A stretch of DNA of 64,000 nt from Vicugna vicugna (lineage: Eukaryota). Shown here in pieces: positions 13,681 to 26,883 of this stretch. The notes under the pieces are model-generated. The model saw nothing but the letters and a program-made list of their open reading frames with translations, ran no database searches and was not told where the DNA came from. The DNA lies in assembly GCA_013265495.1 (NCBI GenBank), contig MU058781.1:7483009-7547008 (forward strand), given 5' to 3'. Made by a program: the position numbers and the translations under genes. Positions within the stretch are counted from its first letter, which is position 1. The number at the start of each line of letters is the position of its first letter.

Positions 13681-13966
13681 AGCATTTCCTAACTTGTGTT
13701 CCATAGGAGTTTTAATAGGTAATATTTGGGGAAATCCCATGCTGACAAGAAGTTTGAGAAGTCTTGGGTTATATAAAAGTAAACATTTTTTTTAACTTTG
13801 GAATTTATTTGGGACATTTAAATATGCTAATTTGTAAGTCAAGATCTGTATGAATACATGATGCAGGATTCCCATTGTTTGTTTAACCAACAGATACTTG
13901 TGTGTGTGTATGTGTGGAATACGCCACAAGACAACTGCTCCTTGGAATACGCTTTTGGAAATGTTT
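13681..13966. mobile_element. MER112-like hAT-Charlie element
   Basis: AGCATTTCCTAACTTGTGTTCC start, TTTAAATATGCTAAT internal, CTTTTGGAAATG end forming degenerate inverted termini. Confidence 0.6.
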
Positions 13967-14124
13967 GCTTAGAGAAAACAGTTAAGCCCAGGAGACTCAC
14001 ATCCAGCAGAAGCCTGCCCTAGGGAAGCGGCACACAGTTAACGATGTGGTGGTGTGTTTTGTTTTCGTTTTTAAATCATAGTCAAAGGGAACTGCCTTTA
14101 GAGGTTTTGCAGATTGCAACGGAT

Positions 14125-15025
14125 ATTGTGGCTATCTCCCCAGCATTTCCTTCCCCCCCACACTACTGTCATCATGCCCACTGAGGAGGACTGTCCCCAC
14201 TCTTAGCACCTTTTATAGACTGAGTTATGCTCCCCAAACCCACACATTGAAGCCCTAACTCCTAGTATGACTGTATTTGGAGCTGGGGCCTTTAAAGAGG
14301 GTAAATGAGATCATATGGGTGGACCCTGGTACAGCTGGCTGGTGTCCTTAAAGAAGAGGAAATCTGGACGCTCACAGAGGCACCAGAAGTACACGCGTGC
14401 ACTGAGGAAAAGCCAAATGAGGGCACAGCAAGGAGGCAGCCATCTGCGAGCCGGGGAGAAAGGCCTCAGAAACCAAACCTGCTGACACCCTGATCTGGAC
14501 TTTCAGCCTCTAGAACTGTGAGAAAATACGTTTAGTTGTTTAAGCCGCTCTGCCTCTGGCATTTTGTCACAGCCGCCCTAGAAAGGCCGTGCAGTATCCC
14601 GGGCCCCACACGGGAGTCTCAGGGCAGCGCTTCCACTACCCCACACGACAGCTGTCACATAACCCTGACCTAAGCCCGTCGGTCTCAGATCTCCCCGGAC
14701 AGAGGTCAGTTCAGGGGTGCTGCCATGAGCATAATGCTCAGAACCTTGTCTCAGGGTGTGAAGAATGCCCCCTTTTGTCCCTGATGATGTGACTGCTGAG
14801 GAGACATGGAGCACCAGTTGCTGTGGGCAGCCGTCTTGTGAAGGCAGGCCGAGGACGAGGGACAGAAAAGGCAGACGAGAAGGCACAAAAGAAAGGCATC
14901 TGGGGCTCTGGTCAGCTCATGGCTTCAGGCTGAGCTTTGCAACTGTGTGAACTAATAACTCTCCTAGATTGCTTAAGCCACGTTGTATTGTTTGCTTTTA
15001 TTTGCAACGAAAACCATCCCAGCAG
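14125..15025 (+). mobile_element. Old MLT1 (K/L/J-like) LTR interrupted by a younger MLT1
   Basis: GGCAGCCGTCTTG ... TGCTTAAGCCAC ... ATTTGCAACGAAAACCATCCC MaLR 3' end; 5' part lies before 14211. Confidence 0.55.
14211..14593 (+). mobile_element. MLT1A/MLT1B MaLR solo LTR
   Basis: GACTGTATTTGGAG...GGGCCTTTAAAGAGG...TGGACTTTCAGCCTCTAGAACTGTGAGAAAATA...TGTTTAAGCC; possible TSD GCACC/GTATC. Confidence 0.88.
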
Positions 15026-15927
15026 GTTCACAGGTTACACAGGGGCCACAGTGAATCAAGCTTCAGTCCCAACCAAAAGGCTCGAGAGGAGGTTTTAGTG
15101 TCCAGATTTTTGTGTGTCTGACTGGTCATCTCTGAGTTCCTGGGCAATCATTTCAATTTACATCTCACTCTTCTCTGTTGCCTTCAGTATCAGGGCATGT
15201 GCCCCAATTTGTGATTCTCTTAGGTCTTTTAATTGGCTCTGTTTCTTAATCCTCTGTAAGTGATTAAAGTGATAGCTTTAAGGTATGATCCTTTCCATAG
15301 GTAAAGAGACCCTTGAAAACAGACACGCCTGCAGAATCTTAAGAAATTTCTAATTCTAAAGTATAAGGCCACCAGACAATCTAATAGTGCGTGTATTTTG
15401 GGGGAAGGACTCATGTCTTTTAAGGGTCAGCCAGCTATGAATAAAATATGGCTGTGGAAACATGTAACAGGAGGAAGTGTGTCCCACTTAGGCTGTAGGA
15501 ATTGAGGACTTTCTCAAGATACTTAACAAAATGAATTCTCCGGATCTTGACATTTGATGCTAAAAATATGTATCTCTGCAGCTTAATTCCTGGTTTCCCC
15601 GGGTGAAGTTGACAAAGTGGGTCCTTCCACCTTAGCCCTTCTTTCTTTCATACCCTGCACTAAGCTTCCCTGAGCTTAAAGGCAGAAATAAGGCCACTGC
15701 TGGTAGTAGAGTGAGTCGACGTCTTATAGGAGAGTGGCGCGCTGGCTGGACAACGCCTTACACGCTGGCAGACTCTGAAGATTCCAGTGATGACTCAGTG
15801 ACTTGCTGTATTTTTGGGTTTGACTACTTACTCACTTCCTGAACCTAGATTTAGTCAACCAAAAATTAATGATCCTGACTCAGGCTTTTGCCCCCAGGTA
15901 TAATTCAAAGGGCAGCAATAAAAATTT

Positions 15928-16790
15928 CAATCAACAATTATTCATTGAATATTTGCTTTATGTCAAGCATTGTTCTAGACACTGGGGCGTATAAAACTCT
16001 CTACATTCAGAGAGTTTAGGATCGTGTGTATGTGTGTGTACGTGGATGTGCACATATGCACACACAAATAAAAGAAATATGTAATTAAAGTATGTAATAT
16101 GTAAGAGGGGGTGAAAGACTGGTAGTTTTGTACTGTGTCCAGTACGGTACACAGGAATCGTGTTTCTCATAATTCCCTTCCTTGTACGGTTCCCAGTTAA
16201 AGTTAGCCACAAAGGGAATTTGCACAAGGTTGGGAAGCTGGAGGTGAAGAAGTAGCCACACTGTCTGAAGACCATCATGGTTTGATGCCAGGAGGGACAG
16301 ACACAGGGAGCTGGAGGATTCCGCCTTGCTCTTCTCCCCCCTTGCTCGGTGTCCAGGCCCTTCCTGCTGATTGTCTGCTCTGCTGACCAGCAGACCCAGG
16401 CTGACCAGCAGAGACCAGAGCCTGCCGCCGACTTCCCCACCAGGCCTCTGCTTCATGTCCCACGTCCCACGTGCTCCTGCGAGCTCCTGCTTGTCCATCC
16501 GCAGCAGAGCTGCAGAAGGGCTGGGTTAGGGCTTTCTCTGATCTCCCAGCTCCTTTGCAGACCCTTACTCCCCAGCTTCTCTCCTAGTTGCGGGAGGCCT
16601 TACTTCTGTAGCACACCCGTGCTCCATTCTACTTAGTGGTCCTGCTTCCTTCACTGAAGCTCTGTGGGAAAATAAGGCAGGGTAGGGGCAGAGGGGATGC
16701 TAGTGGGAGTGAGCTGCAATTTTCAATCATATATAATCAGGGAAGTCCTCACCAAGAAGGAGAACTGGAGCATAGACCTGAGGAGATAAA
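15928..16790 (-). mobile_element. L2 LINE 3' fragments (15928-16020 and 16660-16790)
   Basis: TCAACAATTATTCATTGAATATTTGCTTTATGTCAAGCATTGTTCTAGACACTGGGG; ATCAGGGAAGTCCTCAC...GAGCATAGACCTGA. Confidence 0.6.
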
Positions 16791-17209
16791 GAGAATAATT
16801 GTAAATTTTTTTCTAAAGCACATGAAGACTATTTGAAGGCTAATCAGAATAATAAAAGATTTGGCCCAGAAACACCTCCAACTAAATATCTTATAGTGCT
16901 GCATAAATATAGTAATCACCAAAATACTCTGTGATTTTCCTTAGAGCCTTCTTTTGAAGTTGTATTTTCTTAAACCTTATGGCATCTTGCTGAGGCAAAA
17001 ATCAAGGCCAGAATTGTTCTTTGAGCTTTCAGGAGGAAAAGAGCTCTGTAGGTATGAAGCCCTAAGAATAAAATACCCTTGTTAAGTCACATTGCTCCGC
17101 TGACTGCTGGAGCCCAGCCATCGCTGTTTCCAAAACGCTCCTCCAGCTCTGTCTTGGGTTTGCAAGGGCAACAAGGACAAGTAAACATGAAGAGTGTAAG
17201 GAAATCAGG

Positions 17210-17630
17210 GAGCCTGCGCCCGGGAAAGAGAAAGTGATACAGGAAAGTTTCTCCACTGGGATTCTCGGAGATGAGCTTCTTGGCTTCCGCGCGTTAGAGC
17301 GGGATCTGCACTTAGCTGGTGTGCTAGGCAGAGCCGGGAGCCTGCCTAAGCAAACAGTGTGGAGAGGAGACCCTCTGCTCCTGTATTGCTGTCAGCGGCA
17401 CCAAGGGAAGGGGTTGGTTTCCTGGCAACGCGCCAGCTGCTCTCCTTCCGCGGAGGCCCGTCCGCCCCTAGGGGGAGCCCATCGTCTGCCAGCCTCCCAG
17501 GAGAGCCCGTGTTGGAACTACCGCCCCTTGGGGTGGCAGGCTGGCTCTCTCGCAGAGCACAGCGAGAGCATCTGCCAGGAGAAGACTGTTTTGAGGCCGG
17601 TATGCGTTTAATAAATTGGTGTTGCGGGCC
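17210..17630. promoter_or_regulatory. CpG-enriched, GC-box-containing candidate promoter/regulatory element
   Basis: About 23 CpG in about 420 bp (hand count) in a CpG-poor window; CCGCCC at 17462 and 17521; no recognisable repeat. Confidence 0.5.
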
Positions 17631-20519
17631 TCCTGTGCCAAGGCATAGCTGATTGCCCATGGACAATTGTGGACTTCCCTTTGACTAAAATTTAACTAGA
17701 AGGTGGATGTCTGTTAACAATTCTCTTTAGATTCTGGCACATCAAACTCTTAACTATCCGATAATCATAATAGAGCTGCAAAAATTTTATTTTACAACAA
17801 AGAATCTTTGTTTCATTCTTAGTAAGAATTTAAAACAGGTTTTAGTGGAAATGGATGTGTAATAATTTTATACATTTCAACACTATAAGACATTTTGCAT
17901 ACACATTTCCCTACCTTCCACATTCTTTTGTGGAAACAACATGCACAAACCAGAGCAGGCAGATGGGAACCAAGAGTTTCCATTTGGAGAGCTGAAAGCT
18001 GACCATGACCTTCTGTGCATATGCGAGGCAAACTGATGAAGAAAATGTGTCCCCCTTCAAGTGTTATGTCCGAGCCCTACATTTCCCTGGTTCTGTTACT
18101 ACAGTTTTTGACCCATTAACATCAGTTTAGAGGCAAACTCTCTCCACAGGCCTGTGGATGCAGCTTATGTCAAATCAGAAGGAAAGGCCTGAGGGATGGA
18201 ATTGGAAAACACCTAACCTTCCTACACATGAACTCCTTCAGTGACTTGCCAGCTATTTACAATGGTCCCCATTGACTGAAACGTTTGGAAAGGAAGCAAG
18301 AAACCAACCAAGGTACCTGGTACCAAGCCAAGTTCATGGCAAAGTTCAGCGATGGGAAGGATCTTTTTACTTTGGTCTCCTACTACGTTTTTGGTTTAAT
18401 TTTTTATACATTCATTAATTCTTCTTAAGTTCCAGAGAAGCTTCTGGTATAGGCCAAGACAATGTCAACCGTTTCACAGATATCACTTATTAAATTAAGG
18501 TAAACAAACTTGGGAACAAAAGCCAAGAGTCTAGTATTTGTCTTTTTAAGCATTAAGTTTCACAGAAGCCAGCAGGAAGAACTAGGTGTGAACATCACAT
18601 AAATGTTTATCTGACAACACTGCTTAGATATGTTGATTTTCCCCAATATCGAGTGCCAATTTCTCCTAGGAAAATATCCAATATTATCATTTGGTTTCAG
18701 AAGTCTCACTGTGCATACCAATATTCTAGTTTGCATCTTCAAGCGAAAGTCTAATCTTCCCATCTATGGTAAATACACATAACCTGGTCCATAATTTGAT
18801 ACATTTCAAATAACTATGAATAGGCATTCACTCTTTAAAAAAAAATCTCTTAAGTGCTAGCTTGTTCCATTCCCTTAGTAATTACTTGCATATGGGAAAT
18901 GAAACAGTCCATTTGCCTCCATCATGTTACCATCACGGTCCCACAGGACGCCTCTTCGGCAAATAACCAAGGACTGTGTAAGCAAAGTGAGGGCAAATTT
19001 TGTAGGACAGCAGCAGAGAAGGACACGAGGACAATGTTTCCCCATCTTTTATTTAAAAAAAAAAAATCTTACCTCCAGTGGAAAGCTGACATAAATTTAA
19101 GTTTGCCTGTCTTGCCTTGTAACTGAGTAGCTCCAACTCCGTTTGATGTATTAGGAAGTCTTCCTTTTCTTCTTCATCTCATTGAGAATCAGCTGTAAGG
19201 AAGCAAAACACATTACATCTTCCTGATATTTAATGAGTAAAATAACTGCTCTCGCTAGTCAGATTTTATTTTTGAGTTAGTTTATGTCAAAAGTATTCTT
19301 AGAGTAAAGGTGCCTTGTCAGCACTTACTTTTAAAAATTAAATTATTCTCGTCATTTAGGAATGTGACAGCATTATAAAATAAAAATTCTGAAAGGAAAG
19401 CAAATTAGCTTTACATTCTACCTATCTTTTCTTAGCTCTTATTTTAATGCCTGCAATGTTTACAAGCCTTGAATACCAGAAGCTTTTTTTCCCCCTTTCT
19501 CATAATTATTCATGAAATTCAATTACCTTGTCATCAGATGAACAATTATGTTATCCTGGTCTTTTTGCCCCCGACAACTAGACTTCCTTTGAGTTATCTG
19601 AGTCAAAGTTTTATCTGATTTTCTTCTAAATTCTGTTTTTTTAAATGGAAAAATTATGAAAATATCTAAGTATATTAAACAAACTATTTATAAAATCAGC
19701 ATAACTATTTATAACAATACTTACAGGATATGAACATGGAGATATACTTAGCTCCCTAACCTAACCCCTCCCTTCCCACAAAGATTTTGCAGAAATCATG
19801 TTTAATCTTCCTTTCTCTGATAAAAACTTCCTAGGCATTTTTAAGTTAATGTAAAAAAACCCTTATATGTTGTGTCTCTTTGGTCTTTTAGCCCTCCAGC
19901 AGGGAAGACGTCCTGTCTTCTGCTCAACTCTTAAAACATTAAAAGACTTGCTTGCCCTCTGTATTATGCAGACCTTCCCCTTGGTCTCCTATGCAAACAA
20001 CCTTAGAAGGAATAAAGAAAACTATGGAAAACAATGAAGAATGAGGGTAGGAGAAAGCCTCCAAACAAAAAAGAAAAAAAAAAAAACCACAGAAATTAAG
20101 CAGCAGTAAGATGCTACTGGTGTGCATGAAAAAACCCTATGATGGCCTTTTTCCAATCACCAGGGGGTAATTTTCCCTTTTCAAGTGAGAGACCTTCTTT
20201 GCCCTTTGAAACCAGAGTTGATGTTCACTAATTAATTTATATAAAATGGTCCCTTAGCAACCATTTCAAACACGATCTGTTACTTCTGCTCTCTGGGTTT
20301 AAAGGCACATATCCTTTTTCAAGACGACTGTTTGTAGAGGCGAGCAGAGTGCAGCAGTATCTAGACAGGTATCAAGTGTTGCTTGCACGACACCTGATGG
20401 TTGAAAGGATGTGTTGGAAGTTGTGACGTTGCTCTTTGATGTTGAAATAGGCTTTTTCATAGCATTTAATTTGTAGTTACTGTTATACCAGATGGGATGA
20501 CATTTAAATCACCAAAGAA

Positions 20520-20712
20520 TTACCGTCTGCCACATTGTATATATTTACTTACTTATTTGTTTATTGTCATCTCTTACTCACCCTGCTTATGGAGTGTGTC
20601 AGTGGTATAAGGAAATCATATTGTCTGTTTTTTGTCCATTGCATCCTCAGAATCTAGTCCTTGGTGTTGAATAAGCATTCAGTAAACATTTGTGGACTGA
20701 AAAAATGAATAC
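20520..20712 (+). mobile_element. L2 3' end
   Basis: TTATTTGTTTATTGTC...TGCATCCTCAGAATCTAG...CATTCAGTAAACATTTGTGGACTGAA. Confidence 0.75.
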
Positions 20713-20957
20713 ATCAATAAGGATTTTTTTTCAAATTTTGATAAGGGGACAAAAGACATAGATGAATCATATTTACCAGCTTCTCAAGTTACTGTTTAAG
20801 GGGACTTTGAATGAAGGACTATAAGCCTTTCCAAGGCTTTATACATTATAATGGAAATTTGGATTTTATTTTCATTGCAGTGTGTTAAAATGGATTTTCT
20901 TACAGTGGTCGTTTTGTCACCTTGCCCTTGTATGTCTTATGTCTCCTTGCCCTTCCC

Positions 20958-21449
20958 TGCAATATAGTTTTTAAAAATGTTACCTTAACTTAGGTTTGAG
21001 GTCCTGGTTGAAAGCTGGTCAGTTCCCCTCCTTGACTGGCTGATTAAGTCCACAACCCCCACCCTCTCTCTTACTGCACTGTTACGCTCTGGGCCATTAT
21101 CCACCTGCCTTAATAATCTCAGAGCCAGGTGCCAGATCACTAGAGACAGCCCCTGTGCCCCCAGAGCCCCCTGAAATTACTCAGACTAGCCCACCCTACA
21201 CTCAGTTACCCTGCCTCCCTCATTCCTTCCCTTGGAAAGCACATTAATGGTGCTTGTCCACAGCAGTTCCACTTTCTCCCCCTGCCCGTGACCCCCCCCG
21301 GGGGCTTCCCCTGAGTGGCTCTGCATGGCTTGCTGTGTCCTCTCCAAGGATGTGTGAGCATGACAAGATGGTCAAGATGCTTTCTGGTTTTCTCACTTAA
21401 TCTGTGTTTTGCCTCACCAGACCTCACCCCGAGTAATATAGTTAAGACA
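20958..21449 (+). mobile_element. MER74 (ERVL) LTR
   Basis: GAAAGCTGGTCAGTTCCCCTCCTTGA...GCTGATTAAGTCCACA...GACAGCCCCTGTGCCCCCAGAGCCC; TG...CA ends. Confidence 0.8.
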
Positions 21450-21825
21450 TTACTAGGGTGGCCAGACCTCAACAGATAGTCCCTGCACTTCTTTGCCTGG
21501 AATCATTCTCCTGCTTCTGGAGCCAACTTTGTGCCATTCCGACGGGAGCTGGAAGTGCTGGGGACCCAACACCCCAGGAGCAGTCCTCAGCCAATGGCTA
21601 ACAGGAGCAGGTGCAGAAATCCCCCAGCTCCCCTCCTTTCTCCCAGATCCATGAACTCTGGGGCATATATTTTATGCTGGCTCTCAGGTTTTCCCCAGCA
21701 AAATTAGGCTCCAGTTGCTCACACTGATGGCTAGATAATTTTTTTCTCTCTCACTTCTTCCTGTCTCACTTTCCCATTCTCCTGTCCACCTTTTCTTTTG
21801 CCTCCCAGGTAAACTCCTTGGATCT

Positions 21826-22272
21826 TGCTTTAGCTTTCTGCAGCTGCCGTAACAATGACCATAACAGAAATTTGTTCTCCCACAGTTCTGGAGGCCAGAA
21901 ATCTGAAATCAAGGTGTCAAAAGGGCCACACTGCCTCTGAAGGCTTTAGAGGGGTCTTCGGTTCAGAGGAGCCGTGCTGACTTTTGCAGTTTCTGGTGTC
22001 TCCAGGCATTGCTCGGCTTGTGGCTGGATAATTCCAGTCTCTGCCTCTGTCCTTATGTTGCCTTCTCCTCTTTTGCAGTTGAATAACCTACCTCCCTCTT
22101 CTAAGGACACTTGTTATTGGACTTCTGGCCCTCCCCAATCCTGGATAGCCTCATTTTAAGATTGTTAACTTACTTCTTGATTACATTTGTAAAGCCCTTT
22201 TTCCAAATAACATCACATTCATTAACTTTGAGTGGACATATCTTTTGAGGGGCCACCATTCAACTCACTAGA
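21826..22272 (-). mobile_element. MLT1B/C MaLR solo LTR
   Basis: ACAGTTCTGGAGGCCAGAAATCTGAAATCAAGGTGTC...AAGGACACTTGTTATTGGA; TSD GATCT/GACCT. Confidence 0.88.
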
Positions 22273-22679
22273 GACCTGAATCCTTGTCTTCGTCTACTTC
22301 TGGGACAACCCAAATTGAGACTTAGCTGCCATGCAAAATGGACTGAGATTGTTTCAGAGTAGCTTGGGGTCCAAAATTTACAAATTTAGAAGCTGGGGTC
22401 CAGACCCATCCTTTTTTTTTTTTTTTCTTTTTCTGATACTCTTAGAAGGCTGCTCTCCATACATGGAAATATTTTCTATTTCTCAGTTCAAACTTGGCTT
22501 ATATCCAACTGAAATGAGTAATGAAGCAAAATTGTATTCTTATCTATGAAATTTTACAGCCCTTGGAACATTCCTATAATGATGGGAGAAGTGAATCTCA
22601 TAAGTCCCCAGAGAACTTCTTTTCTTCATTCCTCTTTTCTCTTTTTCCTCCTCCTCTTCCATATTATGGATCTACACAT

Positions 22680-22770
22680 ATAATGCATACCTATTATACA
22701 TTATACATTTTTATATATGTACATAAGTGTATGTATATATACATATGCACACAATGTATACATATATAAG
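22680..22770. repeat. TA/TG-rich low-complexity tract
   Basis: Degenerate TATACA/TATGTA repeats. Confidence 0.7.
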
Positions 22771-22774
22771 TTTT

Positions 22775-22900
22775 TTGACCCTCAGTCTCCTCATCTACAA
22801 AATAAGGATGATAATGCTCAACTCAAAAATTGGTTCTGAAGATTTGATCAGTTATGTAAGCATTGTGCTGAACACCAGGCCTAGCATGCAGAAGAAATAA
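22775..22900 (+). mobile_element. MIR fragment
   Basis: CCTCAGTCTCCTCATCTACAAAATAAGGATGATAAT. Confidence 0.75.
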
Positions 22901-23344
22901 GAGTGCAATTAAGTTTCCTTTCCAGAAAACTTAAACATCGATACCAACAACATAGAAATTTCCACATGGAAAAAATGTATGTATTACTTTCAGTGATTAG
23001 TAGAGAAAGAAAATCAAGGATCATGTTTCTTTTTCTAAGTGAGAGTCTAAATTTATTAGTAAATCAAGGCATCAAAAATAAGTGAGTTAATGTCTAGTCT
23101 GTCTGTGCTCTTACCGTATCATTTATTTTATGCCATCTATGAGTATCCAGAACCCATCTATTTCATTTTTATTCTCAAATTTTAATTCTAGATATTGCTT
23201 GATTCAGATCTACATGCAGTCACTCTCAAAGAGATTAATATGTTTCATGAAATTAGACTTTTCATATTTGCTTTAATTTTATTTTTGGAACCTAAATTGG
23301 TATACACATTTAATATTCAGGGTTATAAATGATTTTCTATTATT

Positions 23345-23857
23345 ACATGGATCAAAGAAAGCCACAGGTTTTGTTTTCTTTTTGACACCCCTCTCCCCAA
23401 GATTCAGAGGCCTGTGTTCCCTCTCTGAAACTGAGTAGTTTTCCTGACTGCCCGACAGAATGATAGCAGAAGTCACATGCCCATTGTTGTGCTTGGGCCT
23501 TAAGAAATCAGCAGTGTCCACTTCCTCCAGGAACCATGGACCACCACACAGGTCTGTCTGTCCGGCACCACCATGTCGGAGAGGCCACTTGCAGGCGCTC
23601 CAGGTGAGCCAGGCCTCCCAGGCAGCCCTGCCAGCACCCCAGGCACGTGAGTGCCGTCACCATCAGTCTTCTACCCAGGCCATCCACCAGCTGAGTACCA
23701 TCGGTGGACCTTGATTAATGCCACATAGAGCAGAAGAGTTGCCCAGCTGAGCCCTGCCAGTGTTCCTGACCCTTAAAACTGTGAGATCTAGTAAAATGAG
23801 AATTAAGTCATTAAGTATGGGGGATAATTTGTTACATAATGATAGATATCCAGAACA
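23345..23857 (+). mobile_element. MLT1G/H-type MaLR solo LTR
   Basis: GGGCCTTAAGAAATCAGCAG...CCAGCTGAGTACCA...GCCCAGCTGAGCCCTGCC...ATAGATATCCAGAACA. Confidence 0.8.
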
Positions 23858-24677
23858 ACAGATTTGCAGACAGGGAAGTGAAAGGTGTTTCTCTCCTTAG
23901 CGTGTGTTGTTAGTGTGGATTCAGAGCATATGTTGTGAGCTCCAGTAGATTATAATGGACGACAAGGCTTCAGAATAAAACTGTAACATTTTTTAGCAAT
24001 AAGATAGTGTTATAAGTATTTCAAGCCTGGGGATATTTCACATTCCACATTGATTTAAAATATGGTTCTGCTGAAAAGTACTCATTTTCAAGGAAATTAT
24101 TATGAATATCTGATTCAGACCTCTGAAATATACTTCTGAGGCTATAGACATGATAAGTTAACATCAATTTTATTTAAGTTGTAAGATATTTCTGAAATAA
24201 CTATCATTATAACTGATTCAATCTAATACTGTTTTCTGGTAATGCTGTAATTCAGATGCAAGTGATTTGCTAAGTTTTGTGAAAGAGTAGGCACTGTTTG
24301 CGATGCCTCTAAAATAATTATTATACTCCAACGATAGATATTAAAGGACAGCAAGAGGATATGAGAATTACTTAGGTCCGTTGTGTATTTTCATGTTTAG
24401 ATTTGCGAGGATCACTTAAAATAAATGGCAAATGAGCTCCCTGCTTGAAACTTCCTAAACTGAAGCTCTCAGCTTCTGTCTGTTGCCTTCTCTGTCTTCA
24501 CGTAGCATATTTCCTCAGGGTGGAGAGGGGTGCATTTCTTTTCAGGCTTTAGCCACAAAACATAAATTTGAAACATAAAACATACATTTAAAAAGACCAA
24601 AATTTACATTTGTAGTCTTGACCTTTTTACTAAGTTTCAGAACCATGTTTTGAATTGCATCAATATATGCCTATTTA

Positions 24678-26883
24678 TTTATATTTTTTAATTGAAGTAT
24701 AGTTGATTTACAATGTTGTGTTAGTTTCTGGTGCATAGCAAAGTGGTTCAGTTATATATGTGTGTGTGTTTGTGTGCATATATATATTATTTTTCAGATT
24801 CTTTTCTGTGATGGTTTATCACAGGATACTGAATATAGTTCCCTGTGCTACATGGTAGAACCTTTTTGTTTATCTGTTTTATATGTAGTAGTTTGTATCT
24901 GCTAATCCCGAACCCCTAATTTATCCCTTCCCCACCCCCTTTCCCCTTTGGTAACTAAAAGTTTGTTTTCTATATCTGTGAGTCTGTTTTTGTTTCATAA
25001 ATAAGTTTATTTGTGTCATATTTTAAATTCCACATGTAAGTGATAGCATGTTATATTTGTTTTTCTCTTTCCAACTGTTAATAGTATGATAATCTCTAGG
25101 TCCATCCATGTTGCTGCAAATGGCATTATTTCATTTTTTATGGCTGAGAAGTATTCCATTGTGTGTGTGTGTATATATATGTGTGTGTGTGTGATACCAC
25201 ATCTTCTTTATCCATTCATTTGTTGATGGACAATTAGGTTACTTTTATGTCTTGACTATTGTAAATAGTGCTGCTGTGAACACTGGGGTGCATGTATCTT
25301 TTTGAAATAGAGTTTTCTCCAGACATATGCCTTAGAGTGGACTATATGGCAACTGTAGTTTTAGTTTTTTAAGGAACCTCCATACTGTCCTCCATAGTGG
25401 CTGCACCAGTTTGCATTCCCACCAACAGGGTAGGAGGGTTCCCTTTTCTCCACATCCTCTCCGCCATTTATTATTTATAGACTTTTTAGTAATGGCTATT
25501 CTGACCTGGTACCTCACTGTAGTTTTGATTTACATTTCCCTGATAACTAGCAATGTTGAGCATCTTTTCATATGCCTATTGGCCATGTATGTCTTCTTTG
25601 GAGAAATGTCTATTTAGGTCTTCTGCCCCTTTTTTTGTTTTTTGGTTGGGTTGTTTGGGTTTTTGTTACTGAGTTGTATAAATTGTATATTTTGGAAATT
25701 AAGCTCTTGTCTGTCACATCATCTACAAATATTTTCTCTGTAGGTTATTTTTTTGTTTTGCTTATGGTTTCCTTTGTTGTGCAAAAGCTTCTAAGTTTGA
25801 TTAGGTCCCATTTGCTTAGTTTTTCTTTTATTTCTATTGCCTTGAGTTACTGGCCTAATCACTCATTGGTACGATTTATGCCAGAGAATGTTTTGCCTGT
25901 GTTCTCTTCTAGGAGTTTTAGTGCGTCACATCTTATAGTTAAGTTTTAGTAGGCCATTTTGAGTTTATCTTTGTGTATGGTGTGAGGGTGTGATCTAACT
26001 TGGTTGATTTACATGTGGCTGTGTCCAACAATTCTGATACCACTTCCCGAAAAGACTATCTTCCCCATTGTATATTCTTGCCTCTTTCGTGGAAGATTCA
26101 TTGACCATAGGTGTGTGGGTTTATTTCTGGGCTCTCTATTCTGTTCCATTGATTGATATGTCTAGTTTCTGTGCCAATACCACTCATTTTGATTACTTTA
26201 GCTTTGCAGTATTGTATGATGTCTAGGAGGGTTATGCCTCCAGCTTTGTTCTTTTTCCTCAGGATTGCTTTGGCACTTCTGGGTGTTTTTTTGGTTCTGT
26301 ATAAATTTTAGGATTGTTAGCTCTAGTTCTGTGAAAAGTGTCATGAATAATTTGATAGGGATCACATTAAATCTGTAGACTGCTTTGGGTATTATGGCTA
26401 TTTTAACAATATTCTTCCAATCCAAGAGCATGGGATATCTTCCCATTTCTTTCAGTTTCCTTTATCAGCATGTTATAGTTCCCAGCATATAAGTCTTTAA
26501 CCTCCTTGGTTAGATTTATCCCTGAGTATTTTTTGTTTGGATGCAGTTTTTACAAGGGATTATTATGATTGTTGTTTTTATTTTCCCTGTCTGATACTTT
26601 GTTAGTGTAAAGAAGTGCAGCAGATTCCTGTATGTTGCTCTTGTATCCTGCTACCTTGCTGAATTCGTTTATCAGTTCTAGTAGTTTTTGTGTGGAGTCT
26701 TTAGGGTTTTCTCTCTCTATATATACTGTATCATATCATCTGCATATAGTGACAGTTTTACCTCTTCCCTTCCAATTTGGATACCTTTTCTTTCTTTCTT
26801 CCTTTTTCTTTTTTTGTCTGGTTGCTGTGACTGGGACATCCAGTACTATGTTGAAGTGGTGAGAGTGGGCATTCTGGTCTCAC
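24678..26883 (-). mobile_element. 5'-truncated lineage L1 (ORF2 C-terminal region plus 3' UTR), disrupted
   Basis: ORF track peptides [32 protein letters not shown] and [13 protein letters not shown] are L1 ORF2; 3' UTR TTAATTGAAGTATAGTTGATTTACAATGTTG; candidate TSD TATGCCTATTTA/TGTGCCTATCTA. Confidence 0.95.

Larger units (their letters stand above)
20903..22321 (+). mobile_element. LTR16-type (ERVL) solo LTR, interrupted twice
   Basis: GGAGCAGTCCTCAGCCAATGGCT...CCCCAGCTCCCC...GCTCCAGTTGCTCAC; 3' end GAATCCTTGTCT...CCCAAATTGAGAC at 22278-22321. Confidence 0.8.

Noticed and set aside
15958..17666. Many overlapping 60-160 aa ORFs
   Set aside because: Explained by locally higher GC content reducing stop frequency; none resembles a known protein.
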